Of a stretch of DNA of 64,000 nt, positions 52,831 through 64,000 are shown piece after piece; within the stretch, counting starts at the first letter, position 1; each line of letters starts with the position of its first letter. This stretch comes from Stegostoma tigrinum. Lineage: Eukaryota. The notes under the pieces were generated by a model. The model searched no databases. It was not told the DNA's origin and was given only the letters and a program-made list of their open reading frames with translations. The translations under genes were made by a program, and so were the position numbers. Location of the stretch: NCBI RefSeq assembly GCF_030684315.1, contig NC_081393.1, positions 16,735,479 to 16,799,478 of the forward strand, read 5' to 3'.

Positions 52831-55800
52831 CTTTCCTATTCAACCACTTATCCAAATGTCTGTCAAATGTTGCAAGTGTATCCACCTCCACTATATCCTC
52901 TGGCAGTTCATTCCACACTCTCTGAACCACTCTCTTTTAAACCCTTATGTCCCTTTCAAAGCTTTCTCCTCTCACCTTAAAAACATGGCCCCTAATTTTG
53001 AACTCCTCCATCCTAGGGAAAAGATCTTTGCTATTCACCTTATCTATGCCGCTTATGATTTTATAAACTTTTATGGGGTCAAACTGCTACAATCTCAACC
53101 TCCTAGGCTTCAATAAAAAGATGTGCAGCCTACCCCAGCCTATTTTTATAAGTCACACCCTCCATTACCTGGAAACATCCTCATAAATCTTTTCTGAACC
53201 CTCTCCAATTTAATAATATCCTTCCTTTAGTATGGTGACCAGGACTGCACTCAGTACTCCACAATGTCCTCACCAATGTCCTGTACATGATTTCCCAATT
53301 CCCACACTGAAAGCAATGAAGGCAAGTGTGCTAAACCCCTTCTTAATCACCTGTCTACCTATGATGCAAATTTCAAACAATTATGCACCTGACCCCAGGT
53401 CTCTCCTTTCTACAACACTACCCAGGACTCTATCATTAATTGTATGAGTCCTGCCCTAGTTCATTTTACCAAAATGCAATACCTCACATTTATCCAAATT
53501 CAACTTCATCTGCCATTCCTCAGCCCAATAGCCCAATTGATCAAGACCTCTTTGTAATCTTAGAGAACCTTCTTCACTGTACATTGTACCATCAATTTTA
53601 GTGTCATCTGCAAACTTACCAACCATGGCTCCTAAGTCTTTCATAGAAATGACAACAAGAGTGGACACAGGACCAATCCCTGTGGAGCACCACTGATCAC
53701 TGGCCTCCAGTCCAAAAACCAATCCTCCACCACCATCCTCTGTCTCCTACCATCAAGCCAATTTTGTATCCAGTTGGCAAGCTCTTCCTGAATTCCAGGT
53801 GATCTAATTTTACGAATAAGTCTACCATTGGGAACCTTGTCAAAGACTTTACCAAGGTCCATGTAAACAACATCTACTGTTCTGCCCTCATCAATCTTTT
53901 TGGTTTCGTCTTCAAAAAAATTCAATCAAGTTTGTGAGATATGATTTCTCTTGCGCAAAACTATGCTGACTATTCCTAATCAGATCTTGTTTCTGCAAAT
54001 GCATATAAATCTCTCAGAATCATCTCCAACAACTTACCGACCACCAATGTCAGGCTCACAGGTCTATAGTTCCCACACTTCTCCTTACAGCCTTTCTAAA
54101 ATAAAGGCACAACATTCAGTCATCCCGCCCCTCTCCCATGTTCCTTGACGATACAAATATTTCTGCCGGGGCCACACAATTTCTTCCCTAACTTTCCACT
54201 ATGTCCGAGGACAAATTTAATCAGGTCTCAGAGATTTATCCACCTAAGGCCTCTAGCACTTGCTCTTCTGTAATATGAACTGTTTTTGAAATATTAATGT
54301 TTATTTCCCCAAGTCTCTAGCCTCAGTTTCTTTCTCCGTGGCAAAAGTTGACGTGAAATATTCATTTAGTATCTCTGCCATCTCCTGAAGTTCAACACAC
54401 ATATGGCCTCATTGATCTTTAAGGAATTGTAATCTCTCTGTAGTTGCTTTTTTGCTCTTAATTTACTTACAGAATCTCTTTGGATTATCCTTAACCTTAC
54501 CTGCCAAGGCTAACCCATATTCCCTCTTTGCCTTCCTGATCTCCCTCTTACGAATGCCCTGACACTCTTTACACTCTTAAGAGATTCATTTGATCCCAAT
54601 TGTCTATATCTAGTATATGATTCATTCTTATTCTTGACTAGAACCTCAACATCTTTATTCATCCATTTTAGCCTACTCTTATCAGGCTTATCCTTCACTC
54701 TTGCAGGAACATAATGCTTCTGAATTCTCAACACACTTTTGAAAGGTTCCCACTTGTCAGTCATCCCTTTACCTGCCAACATTCTAGTCCAATCAACTTT
54801 TGAGACTGCTTGCCTCATACTATTAAAATTTGCCTTACTCTAATTAAGAATTTTAACTTTTCTGGAAGATTTATCCTTTCCTGTAAATACTATAAAACTA
54901 ATAGAATTATGATCACTAATCCCTTACTAAAACTTGCTCTGCCTTATTTCCCAAGAGAAGGTCAGGTTTTGCTTCTTCTCTAGTAGGCGTGTTTACATAT
55001 GGATAAAGAAACTTTAGATGAACACATTTAACAAATTCCTCACAATCCAAGCCTTTAACACTACAGCAGTCCCAGTCAATGTTTGGAAAATTAAAATCCC
55101 CTACTATTACAGCAGTATTATTCTTAGATGTATCTGAGATTTCTCTACACATTTGTTCCTCAATTTCCCTGACTACTCGGGGGGCCTGTGGTACAATTCC
55201 ATCAAGATGCCCTTTCTAATTTTTACCTGAATAGTTTCACTGGTCAACCTCTCAGAAATATCCTAATTACAGCAGCCGAGTTTTCCTTAATCAAATATGC
55301 CACTCCCCCTTCTCTCTTGCCTCCTTTTCTGCTCTCCTAAAGCAATTAAAACCAAGAACATTGAGCTGCTAGTGCTGCATTCCCTCAGCCAAGTCTCTGT
55401 AATAGCTATGACACCTCAGTCCCATGTTTTCATATATGCCCTGAGATCATCAGCCTTACCTGTGAGACCCCTTGCATTGAAATAAATGCAGTTTAATTCT
55501 TCGGGGTTACCTTGTTTTCGGATTTGCTCTTGTCTGCCTTTCCTCATTAACAAGGTCTTTTCTGATTCTCATTTGTCTTTCTAATTTTACTGCTACGCTG
55601 GAAGCCCGCACGCCCCCTCTGCGCCCAAAATAGAATTAGCACATCTCTCCCCCAGGATATTGGTTCCTTTCCAGTTCAGATGAAACCCGTCCCTTTTGAA
55701 CAGGTCTTTTCTGCCCCAGAAGAGATCCCAATGATCTAAAAATCTGAATCCTTGCACATTGCACCATCTCTTCAGCCATCAATTTATATGCCCTATATTT

Positions 55801-55860
55801 TAATTCCCAGTCTCACTAGAGCATGACACTGGGAGTAAGCCAGAGATTCCTACCTTTGAG
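52830..55860 (-). mobile_element. Decayed CR1-clade LINE (APE endonuclease, RT and 3' part, with frameshifts)
   Basis: Minus-strand fragments: AVIVGDFNFPNIDWD (APE); VDVVYMDLGKVFDKVPNGRLIRKI...GAPQGLVL and KFADDTKIDG...WAEEWQMKLNLDKCEVLHFG (RT); VQRVWNELPE (C-terminus). Confidence 0.9.
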
Positions 55861-56149
55861 GTTCTACTCTGTAACCTTCTCCATGTGAAAAGCTAATTGA
55901 GTTCAAATTTCTGCCCAGAAATAGAATCACCCTCCTGAATGATGAGGTAGCACATCTTTGAGAAAAGAGTATGAATTCCCTAACATTTCTGCTGTTGGGT
56001 CCCAGGGCATGCCACGAAGGGGCTTTAACACTAATGACATTCTTTCTGAAATGTACTAATTTGCATATAGTATACCCCCATAAGTAGTGAGGTAAGTGAC
56101 CTAATAATCTCTTATAGTTACCCAAAATTTCAAGACAAAGTTTCAAGTG

Positions 56150-56750
56150 CATTGAGTATAGGAGTTGGGAGAGTCATATTCTAGCTGTACAGCACATTTG
56201 TTAGGCTATTTTTGGAATGTTGCATTCAGTTCTGGTCTCCCTGCTATAGGAGGCGTATTGTGAAACTTGAAAGGGCGCAGAAAAGATTTACAAGAATGTT
56301 GGAGGGATTGAGCTACAGGGAGAGGCTGAATAGGCTGGGACTATTTTCCCTGGAGTGTTGGAGGCTGAGGGATTACCCAAAAGAGGTTTATAAAATCATG
56401 AGGGGCATGGATACTGTGAATAGTCAAGGTCTTTTTCCCAGGGTAGGGGAGTCCAAAACTAGAGGGGCATAGGTTTAAGGTGAGAGGAGAAAGATTTAAA
56501 AGGGACCTGAGGGGCTACTTTTTCACACAGAGGGTGGTGCGTGTATGGAATGAGCTGCCAGAGGGAGTGGTGGAGGCTGGTACAGGGACAATATTTAAAA
56601 AGCATCTGGATGGGGACATGAATGGGAAGGGTTTAGAGGGATATGGACCAAATGCTGGCAAATGAGAGTAGATTAATTTGAGATATTTGATTGACATGGA
56701 CAAGTGGGATTGAAAGGTCTGTTTCCGTGCTGTACAACCCTATGACTCCT
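56150..56750 (+). mobile_element. CR1 LINE 3' fragment
   Basis: LECCIQFWSPCYRRRIVKLERAQKRFTRML..GLSYRERLNRLGLFSLE and FFTQRVVRVWNELPE, followed by a CR1-type 3' tail ending ctatgactc. Confidence 0.88.
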
Positions 56751-57149
56751 TTGAAACTTCACATCCCCCAGCCACGTGCCTGCCTGCAATAAGCAAATTT
56801 ATATGAAAATGAAAAGCACAACAGCAAGGTTCCAACACAGCAAAGACTGCCTGTTCAGTGTCTGGAATCCAGTTAAACAACGTACAGAGATTCATGGGAA
56901 TGTTCCCAAACCGAATTTGACACCAAACCATATTAAAACAGGTATCCAAAAGCTTGGTAACAATCTGCCTGGTAACACTAGTTGAAAGCATATTAGTTTT
57001 CAGTGCACACAGATGAGACCCAGCTCTACCTCCCATCACCTCTCTGAACCCACTTCCACTGTGTCTAAATTGTCAGACTGCCTATCTGACATCTAATATT
57101 GGACAAGCCGAAATTTTTCCCAAATAATTATTGGAACCAGCAAAGCTGA

Positions 57150-57476
57150 TTGACAGCAACAGGGACCTGGGTTCAGTCCCACCTTCGGGCAACTGTCTGG
57201 TGGAGTTTGCACATTTTTCCTGTGTCTATGTGGGATTCCACTGGGTGCTCCGGTTTCCTTCTACAGTCCAATGATATGCAGGTTACTTGGTTAGGCCATG
57301 CTAAATTGTCTTAAAGGGTCCAGGAATGCGACGGCTAGATGAGTTAGACATGGGAAATGCAGGGTTACAGGGATAGGGTGGGGAGTGTGGCAGGTTTGGG
57401 TTGGGTGCTGTTTAGAGAATTGCTGTGGACTCGACAAGCCAAATGGGTCGCTTCCACGCTGTATGGATTCTATGAT
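57150..57476 (+). mobile_element. V-SINE (HE1-like), 5'-truncated
   Basis: gacctgggttcagtccc..tggagtttgcacattt..gggtgctccggtttcct..cagtccaatgatatgcaggtt, and tail ggattctatgatt. Confidence 0.75.
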
Positions 57477-57540
57477 TCAGACGAACACACTTGAGATTTT
57501 GAAGAGATCCATTGCAGCATGGAGGCTGAACCCTGGAGGT

Positions 57541-57762
57541 GGCAAGAACGGCAGATGCTGGAGTCAGAGTCAATACAATGTGTAGCTGGAGGAATGCAGC
57601 AGGCCAGGCAGCATCAGAGGAGCAGGAGAGTCGACATGGGCCAAATGGGGATGATCTGAACATTGTTTGGGGTCCGTTGGAGTCCCAGGGTCCAGGCGCA
57701 AAACATCAACTCTGATGCTGTCTGGCCTGCTGCGTTCCTCCAGCTCCACACTGTATCGACTG
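57541..57762. mobile_element. Palindromic Penelope-terminus insertion
   Basis: Inverted arms (gctggaggaatgcagcaggccaggcagcatcagag / ctctgatgctgtctggcctgctgcgttcctccagc). 14-bp TSD TGAACCCTGG(A/G)GGT at 57527-57540 and 57763-57776. Confidence 0.75.
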
Positions 57763-58699
57763 TGAACCCTGGGGGTATTCAAATATGGCGTCCCACGCAA
57801 GGAAGAGCTCAGATTTGGGGCAGGAAAGGGTAGTTTGAGAAATGAACTGTTAATCTCACTGCAAAAAAAACCTTCAAAGGAAATTGCCACCATTCAAAAT
57901 AGGCTCATAATACCCATACATAACAAAATTAGGGTCTAACTGGGCATTCATAAAAAAACTCGTGACATCTTCGAAACTCTTCAATTAGTGCCTTCCGATT
58001 CACCGACAACCAGCTATTGCTTTCTCTGTAATTCTATCTAAATATGTTTGGCCAGACAACTTTATTACAGTGCAGCTTACTGAAAACCGACAGATAGCTC
58101 CAGTTTAAATTTAGAAATGCATGTTTCACGCAAGACGTGATGTTCCTCGTGATTATTAAGTTGAGATGAATTAAAAGGAAAACTGTCCACTGATGACTAG
58201 AATTTGCCGGATCTCTCTATTTGAACCTCTCCGTCGGACTTTGTGGTGTCAAAATGGAAAGCAAAATCCGACTAAATTTGGAAACTTTAAGAAACAGGGG
58301 TCAAACTACTGATTTCGTTTCAGCCCACGATGTTTTAAGTTGTTTTTACTTTGAATGCTAGTTTCCTAAATCTTTGTCAACCATTAATTTCGTCGCTGCT
58401 TCTCGGCTAAAATTAGCAGCCGAAAGAAAAATGTATCCAAATTTTGTTCAAAACTCTGGGTCCAATTGTTGCACGCTGGTTGAGACAAAAAATAAGTTAG
58501 CATTTCCAGTCTTTTGAAGAAGTCATGTGGGAGAGGAAACGTTAACTGTGTTTTTCCCTCTGCACAGAAGCTACTCGACCTGTTGAGTTTCTCCTGCACT
58601 TCCAATTTGTTTCATTCCAAGTTTGGACCCCTGCCACGCTGGTGGAGGGACAGAAACTAAGCAAAGTCTATTTGGGAAGGTGGTAGCAGCGGGCTGTCG

Positions 58700-58912
58700 A
58701 GTATAGACCGAGCCCAGCCTGTGAAAAAGTATCCATTCCGACAACCAATGGGCGGCGGGGGCCCAAAGCGCAACGTTCCAAAATGGAACGCGGCCCCGGA
58801 GCCCGCGCCGTGATTGACCGCGGCAGCAGCCAATCCACGAGCGGCGGGCGCAGTCGGAGGAGGCGGGATCTCTCGCGTAGCTGTTCCGCTTGCGGTTGCA
58901 GCCCCGGCGACA
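58700..58912 (+). promoter_or_regulatory. LMAN2L CpG-rich promoter / 5' UTR
   Basis: CpG-rich. CCAAT at 58745 and 58830, and GC-rich boxes just upstream of the ATG. Confidence 0.65.
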
Positions 58913-59030
58913 ATGGCGCTGCACTGGGCTCTGTGTTCTCTGCTTGTGGCTCTGCTCAGCCGGGCCCGGGCGGACGCGGGCACAGAGGAGTATCTGAAAC
59001 GAGAGCACAGCTTGATGAAACCCTACCAGG
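58913..59030 (+). CDS. LMAN2L: LMAN2L (VIP36-like lectin) coding exon 1
   Basis: acaATGGCG start. Signal peptide MALHWALCSLLVALLSRARA, then EYLKREHSLMKPYQG (L-type lectin N-terminus). Donor CAGG|GTAAG. Confidence 0.9.
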
Positions 59031-59224
59031 GTAAGGGCTGCCTTTACTACCCTTCCTCTCGCTGCAACCATTCGAACGAATTGCATTGAATGGCATTAAC
59101 AACACCGATGCCACCACCATCACCCTTCCTCGGACCCTCTTCACCCAATTTGTTACTAGCAAAGCACCTCGAACCTTTGGGGGGGCCAAGTGCAGGGATC
59201 GCAATCACCATAATCAGGGAGAAT

Positions 59225-59990
59225 GGACCCCTGGGTCAATTACAAGGGGGCATCATTTTAAGGTAAAAAGCATGAGATTTAGAGGGGATTCGGGGGGGGA
59301 AATCACTTGAGAGTGGTGATAGTCTGGAATGCACTCCCTAGGGAGGTAGTTGAGGACAGAAACCTCACAACCTTTAAAATTTACTTGGATGAGCACTTGA
59401 AATGTTATAGCATTCAAGGTTTTGGGCCATTGCTGGAAAGTGGCATGAGTGCAGACTTAAATTAGATTTTTGTCAGTACAGACTCGATGGACTGAAGGGC
59501 TTCTTCAGTACTGTATGATTCTATGATTAAGTGCATTGGAAGTAGTTCAGGGAAGGTTTACTAGACTAATACTGGCAGAGGGCAGGGTGTCTTAGCAGAC
59601 TAGGTTTGTACCTGCTGGAGATTAAAAGGTAATTTGATTGAAAGAGCTAAGATCCTGAGGGGTCTGGACAGGGTGGGTGTGGAAAGGATGTTTCCTGTTG
59701 AGGGAGAAGCTAGAACGAGGGGGTCTCTGTTTACAAATCAGATGTTATCCATTTGAAAGGTGATTCTTTTCTCTGAGGGTGGTGAATGTTTGGATCTCTC
59801 CTGAAAAGACAGAATTTGTAGAGTCCTTTGAATGTTTTCCAGGTTGAAAGAGGTTCTTTATAAGCGAAGAGTGGGTGAAAAGTTTTCGGGGGAGTTGGGA
59901 ATGCAGATTTGAACATGCAATCAGATTGGCCACGATCTTATTGAATAGGGGAAAGCAGATAAAAGGCTGAATGGCCTGCATCTGCTGCCA
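59225..59990 (+). mobile_element. Two tandem CR1-type 3' fragments in LMAN2L intron 1
   Basis: Sequence matching the ORF2 C-terminus (TRGHHFKV, gtctggaatgcactcc, ctctgagggtggtgaatgtttgg) and tail ctgtatgattctatga. Confidence 0.6.
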
Positions 59991-60111
59991 CTCCCATTTC
60001 TGTGAGTGACAGTTGTAGGATTTTGACCCAGTGTCAGCAAAGGAATGATTTCGTTCAAGAGAGCTCTTCTGCCTTCATGCTAAGTGCTGCTTGTTTCTGT
60101 CTCTCTTGTAG

Positions 60112-60233
60112 GTGTGGGAGCCACAGGTTCTAACACTCACTGGGACCTCCAGGGAAACACAATGGTGACCTCCCATTTTATACGACTGACACCGGATCTT
60201 CAGAGCAAACAGGGAGCGATCTGGAATCGTGTA
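60112..60233 (+). CDS. LMAN2L: LMAN2L coding exon 2
   Basis: Acceptor ctcttgtag|GT. (G)VGATGSNTHWDLQGNTMVTSHFIRLTPDLQSKQGAIWNRV. Donor |GTAAGG; 122 nt. Confidence 0.92.
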
Positions 60234-60334
60234 GTAAGGGTTCATTCCTTGTTTTGAAGTATTTGTTAATTTTGGTTTAACATGTTAGCACAGGGAAATA
60301 AGTGCTTTTCACACAAGTGGCAGCATCAATGTGG

Positions 60335-60840
60335 TGATACAGAGTGAAGCATCCTCTACGTTTTTCGCAGAAAGTAAAGCCTCCGCCCCATTGAACACCA
60401 CCAGGACAAGTACAGCAAAGTTATAGAAGAGCAAAGGCTGTATTTTGTTTGTAATCTGTGCTTCAGATGTCTTTTTTGGTCATCACAAAGTTACATTGAA
60501 AAGTGCTGTCGAGCAATGAAAATAATCATTTGAAGAACCCAGGCTTCACATCAAACACTCCCCGGACAGATACAGCAGTGATTTATACAGAGGAAACCGG
60601 CCTCTGCACTATCCCCATGAAACACTTGCAGGGCAGGTTAAGCACAGGATAGACCCGGCTAAAGGCCTTCCTGTACAATGTTCCCATCAAAACACTCCCA
60701 GGATAGGGAGAACGTGGGATTAGATACAGAGTAAAGCTGCTGCTGCTACTACTACTCTCAAACTGAAAGTAAAGATCCATTGACACTGTCCCTATCAGAC
60801 ACTCCCAGGATAGGTACAGCACAGGATTAGACACAGCAAT
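60335..60840 (+). repeat. Same minisatellite family, in LMAN2L intron 2
   Basis: Repeats of catcaaacactcccagga.ag.tacagcac.gg.ttagatacagagtaaagc, including the aaactgaaagtaaag subunit. Confidence 0.75.
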
Positions 60841-60955
60841 TTAAGAGACAATGTGGACTTTGCCTTTTAATTGCTTTGTGCTGTAATTTACTCATGTTAT
60901 AGTTTCATCTTTAATATCTTCAGAGATTACTCATGCTCCGTCTGTGTGTCTTTAG

Positions 60956-61073
60956 GCCTGTTTAATGCAAGACTGGGAGGTGCAGGTCCACTTCAAAATT
61001 CATGGCCAAGGGAAAAAAAATCTGAATGGTGACGGGTTTGCGATATGGTATACCAAAGATCGCATGCAACCAG
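60956..61073 (+). CDS. LMAN2L: LMAN2L coding exon 3 (gene continues beyond the window)
   Basis: Acceptor tttag|GCC. ACLMQDWEVQVHFKIHGQGKKNLNGDGFAIWYTKDRMQP. Donor G|GTACG. HGQGKK and TKDRMQP match VIPL rather than VIP36 (HGTGKK/TRDRLVP), as recalled. Confidence 0.92.
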
Positions 61074-61361
61074 GTACGGTGATCTGAAATCTCCAAGATA
61101 AGTGGGCTAGTGACACTACTCTGAATGGGGCTTATTTACTGGAACCCAATCACAGGTAGAAAAGATAACATCAGATCTTCCCCGTCTGATGCTGTAATGC
61201 AAACGTAAAATATCACAGTTGTGTAACATCTGAAATAAAAATAAAAGTGATGGAAGAACTCAGCAGATCTGGCGACATCTTGGAGAAACACAACTAATGT
61301 TTCACGCCTGTCATCTTTCATCAAAACTGGAATAATGTGATGTTAGGTGTTTCATTTATAT

Positions 61362-61775
61362 GTAGAATCATACAGCACAGAAACAGACCCTCGGTCCAAA
61401 CAACCCATGCCGAACCCACACAGATGTAATCCAAACTAAACTAGTCCCATCTGCCTGCGCCCATATCCCTTCAAACATTTTCGTACTTGTGTACTAACCC
61501 AAATATCTCATCAACATTGTAACTGTACCTGCATCCACTTCTTCATTCCAAACATGAACCGCTCATGTCGTCTTTAAATCTTCTCTCACTTTAATATAAG
61601 AAAAAAAAATTTAAAAAAGTCCCAATGTTTTGAAATTCCCCACCCTAGGGAAAAGACACTAGCCATTCACCTAATCTATATCCCACACGATCTTATACAC
61701 CTCTACAAGGTCACCCTTCAACTTCCTACATTCCAGTGGGAAAAGTCCCGGCCTATCCAGCTTCTCCTTATAACT
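61362..61775 (-). mobile_element. CR1 3' end / tail fragment
   Basis: tagaatcatacagcacagaaacagaccctcggtcc tail, and a body homologous to 52830-53150. Confidence 0.65.
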
Positions 61776-62834
61776 CAAACGATTTTCATACCATTTATTG
61801 TTAAGTTTGAAAGTTTGATTTTTGAATTTGTGACAGTTGGGTTTTTCTCCTTGTCCGAAGGGCTTAATGATGAACCTGTCAAGCTTTTCTGCAGCAATGA
61901 TGATTTCTGTTCAAAACAACTTTTGATAGAAAAGTGGCTGACAGAACTAATGGGTTTTTGTGTATGTTCGGAAAATTTACCTCCAAGCAATTGTGCTTCA
62001 GGGTTTCCATTGGAAATATTTGGACTTGTGTTTTTTAAGCTTAAGGAAAGAGGTGGTTTTTTTTTTAAAAGTTTGGGGCAGAGCTGCAGAAGTTGGTGGA
62101 TGAAGACAGATGTTTAATTCAGTTTTCCTGAGAAAGGGAGAAGGTAAAAAACAGTTTACCTTAAAACAAACAATGTAGTGGCAGTCCCATATTGCGAGAG
62201 TTTGAATAACAATCTTGGAGGTAATTTGAAGCTGAGTACACTTGAGCTCGAATGTATGACAGTTTTTTCCTGGATTTTTTTCAGATTGGGAATTGAAATC
62301 ACAGTTAGATTAAACTTATCAAGGTATTAGAGGAAGGTGTTCTGGTGAGAGTACTGTGCAAGGGGGGCTGTTGAAGATTTTGTTGATGAGTGTTTTTGGG
62401 GTTAATTTAAAAGTGTTTCAAAATGTTTGTTTGTGTTATAAGCAAATATTCTGTTCTATTTTGTCTTTGTTTCTTTTGTTTCATAAATTTCTCTTTCATT
62501 GTTCAATCCAATTCCACAACATCGTGTGGTTATGTTTCAATGAGACAGACAGTCATACAGTGCAGAAACAGACCCTTCAATCCAACTTGTCCATGAAAAC
62601 TAAACGTGATCAATCAGGCCAGGTTTCAGTCTGGGATCTCCGTAATAACAAGCTGGGATCATATCAACCAGTAATAATAAATAAGAGGATAAATACAAGA
62701 TGTACATTTAAGTCAGTGCATATCTAGGACCTCTTCAAACTGTTTCCCTCACTCCAACTCTATTCTTCTCCATACCAACTGTTTGAGACTAAACCTTGGT
62801 GTCATATTTGACCTCCACATTGAATATCTGTGCA

Positions 62835-63665
62835 GTACAGGAACAGGCCTTCTGGCCCACCATGTCTGTGCCGACCTTGATGCCAATCTAAATTAACCCC
62901 ATCTGCCTGTATCTCTCTATTCCCTGCCTGTTAATGCATCATTTAAGTGCCTGTTACATGTCGTTATAATATCTGCTTCTACCAGCTCCCCTGGCAGCAC
63001 GTTCCAGGTGCCTATCATTGTCTATGTTTAAAAAAAAACTTGCCTCACACGTCTTTAAACTTTTCCCCTGTCACCTTAAACCTGTGCCTCCTAGTAGTTG
63101 CCATTTCCAAATACTCCTGACTATCCATACCTGTCATAATTTTACATACTTCTGTCAGGTTGCCCCTCAGCCTCCAGTAGAAACGATTCACGTTTGCCCA
63201 ACCCCTCCTACAAGCTGGTACACTGCGATCCAGGCAACAACCTGGTCAGCCTCTCCTGAGCCTCCACATTCCTTCCGATAGTGTTGCAAGCAGAATTGCA
63301 CATAATACTCCAAATGTGGCCCAGCTAACGTTTGAAACGGCTGCAACATTACTTGCCAAGTTTTATACTCAGTACCCCAACTAATGAAGGCAAACATGCT
63401 GTCTGGCTTCTTTACCACCTTATCCACTTGCGTTGGCACTTTCAAGGAGCTATGGACTTGCATCCCAAGACCTCTGCAGATCAGTGCTCCTCAAGGTCCT
63501 GCCATTTACTATTTACATTCCTTTTGCATTTGACCTCCCAAAATGCACACTTTTCTGTCTTAAACTCCACCTGCCGTTTCTCCACCCAACTTTCCAACTG
63601 ATCGATATCCTGTATCCTTTGACAACCTGCCTGATTGTCCACAACTTCACCAACTTGCGTGTCAT
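62835..63665 (-). mobile_element. CR1 LINE 3' fragment
   Basis: QVHSSLKVPTQVDKVVKK...FISWGTEYK...PHLEYYVQF on the minus strand, plus the reverse tail (aggaacaggccttctggcccaccatgtctgtgccga). Confidence 0.8.
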
Positions 63666-63689
63666 CTTTTCACACCCCTGCCCTGACAA

Positions 63690-64000
63690 AGATCACCTGT
63701 TTTTACTTGCTTAGCTTGCCCCGACTTGACCCCCATCTCAGCTCAAGAGCTGCTGGAAACCTCCTCTTTCCTTCCAGATTCGGTTATTCCGACACACTCC
63801 CACATTCTATCCTCCTTCACCTTGAGCTCATCCAGAACACTGCTGCCTGTGTCTTAGCTCGCTGCGAGTCCCATTTCGCCCTGTCAACCCCTCACGCACA
63901 CACCGACCTGCTCCTGGTCAAACAAGTTCTTGATTTTTAAAACGCTCATCGTCCTTTCCAAACCCAACCAGTCCCACCCACCCATCCCAAAAATCTTCAT
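63690..64000 (+). mobile_element. L2-clade LINE ORF2 C-terminal fragment
   Basis: SILLHLELIQNTAACVLAR...LLVKQVLDF is typical of L2. Related pieces at about 37415-37540 and 41030-41340. Confidence 0.6.

Noticed and set aside
58830-58840. CCAATCCACG in the LMAN2L promoter (and ATTGGTCACG at 48386) as an ER-stress element
   Set aside because: The spacing fits neither ERSE (CCAAT-N9-CCACG) nor ERSE-II (ATTGG-N-CCACG).
61790-62670. Possible solo LTR in LMAN2L intron 3
   Set aside because: Only a vague compositional impression; no second LTR, PBS/PPT or TSD could be identified.

Overview
Vertebrate genomic DNA, inferred to be shark/elasmobranch from its SINE, LINE and Penelope repeat content. It holds two complete minus-strand CNNM metal-transporter genes in tandem: CNNM4 (7 coding exons, 48195->26600, 779 aa) and CNNM3 (8 coding exons, 18880->5147, 738 aa). 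The first three exons of LMAN2L (VIPL lectin) lie on the plus strand from 58913, head-to-head with CNNM4. This is the same gene order I recall for human 2q11.2. All exons were read by hand; their GT-AG boundaries and phases join into open frames. Introns and intergenic DNA are full of decayed CR1/L2 LINEs, V-SINE and Deu-type SINEs, a composite minisatellite and Penelope-like (GIY-YIG) elements, and there are two assembly gaps. The most notable signals are: (1) short Penelope-terminus insertions with readable 12-17 bp target-site duplications, carrying degenerate minimal hammerhead-ribozyme motifs, some forming hairpins and some nested; (2) CNNM3 substitutions at Mg2+/Mg-ATP ligand positions, including TLED->TLGD; (3) an array of 12 CCAAT boxes in the CNNM4 promoter. 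No wholly new gene system is supported by the sequence. Comparisons to human proteins are from recall, not a database search.
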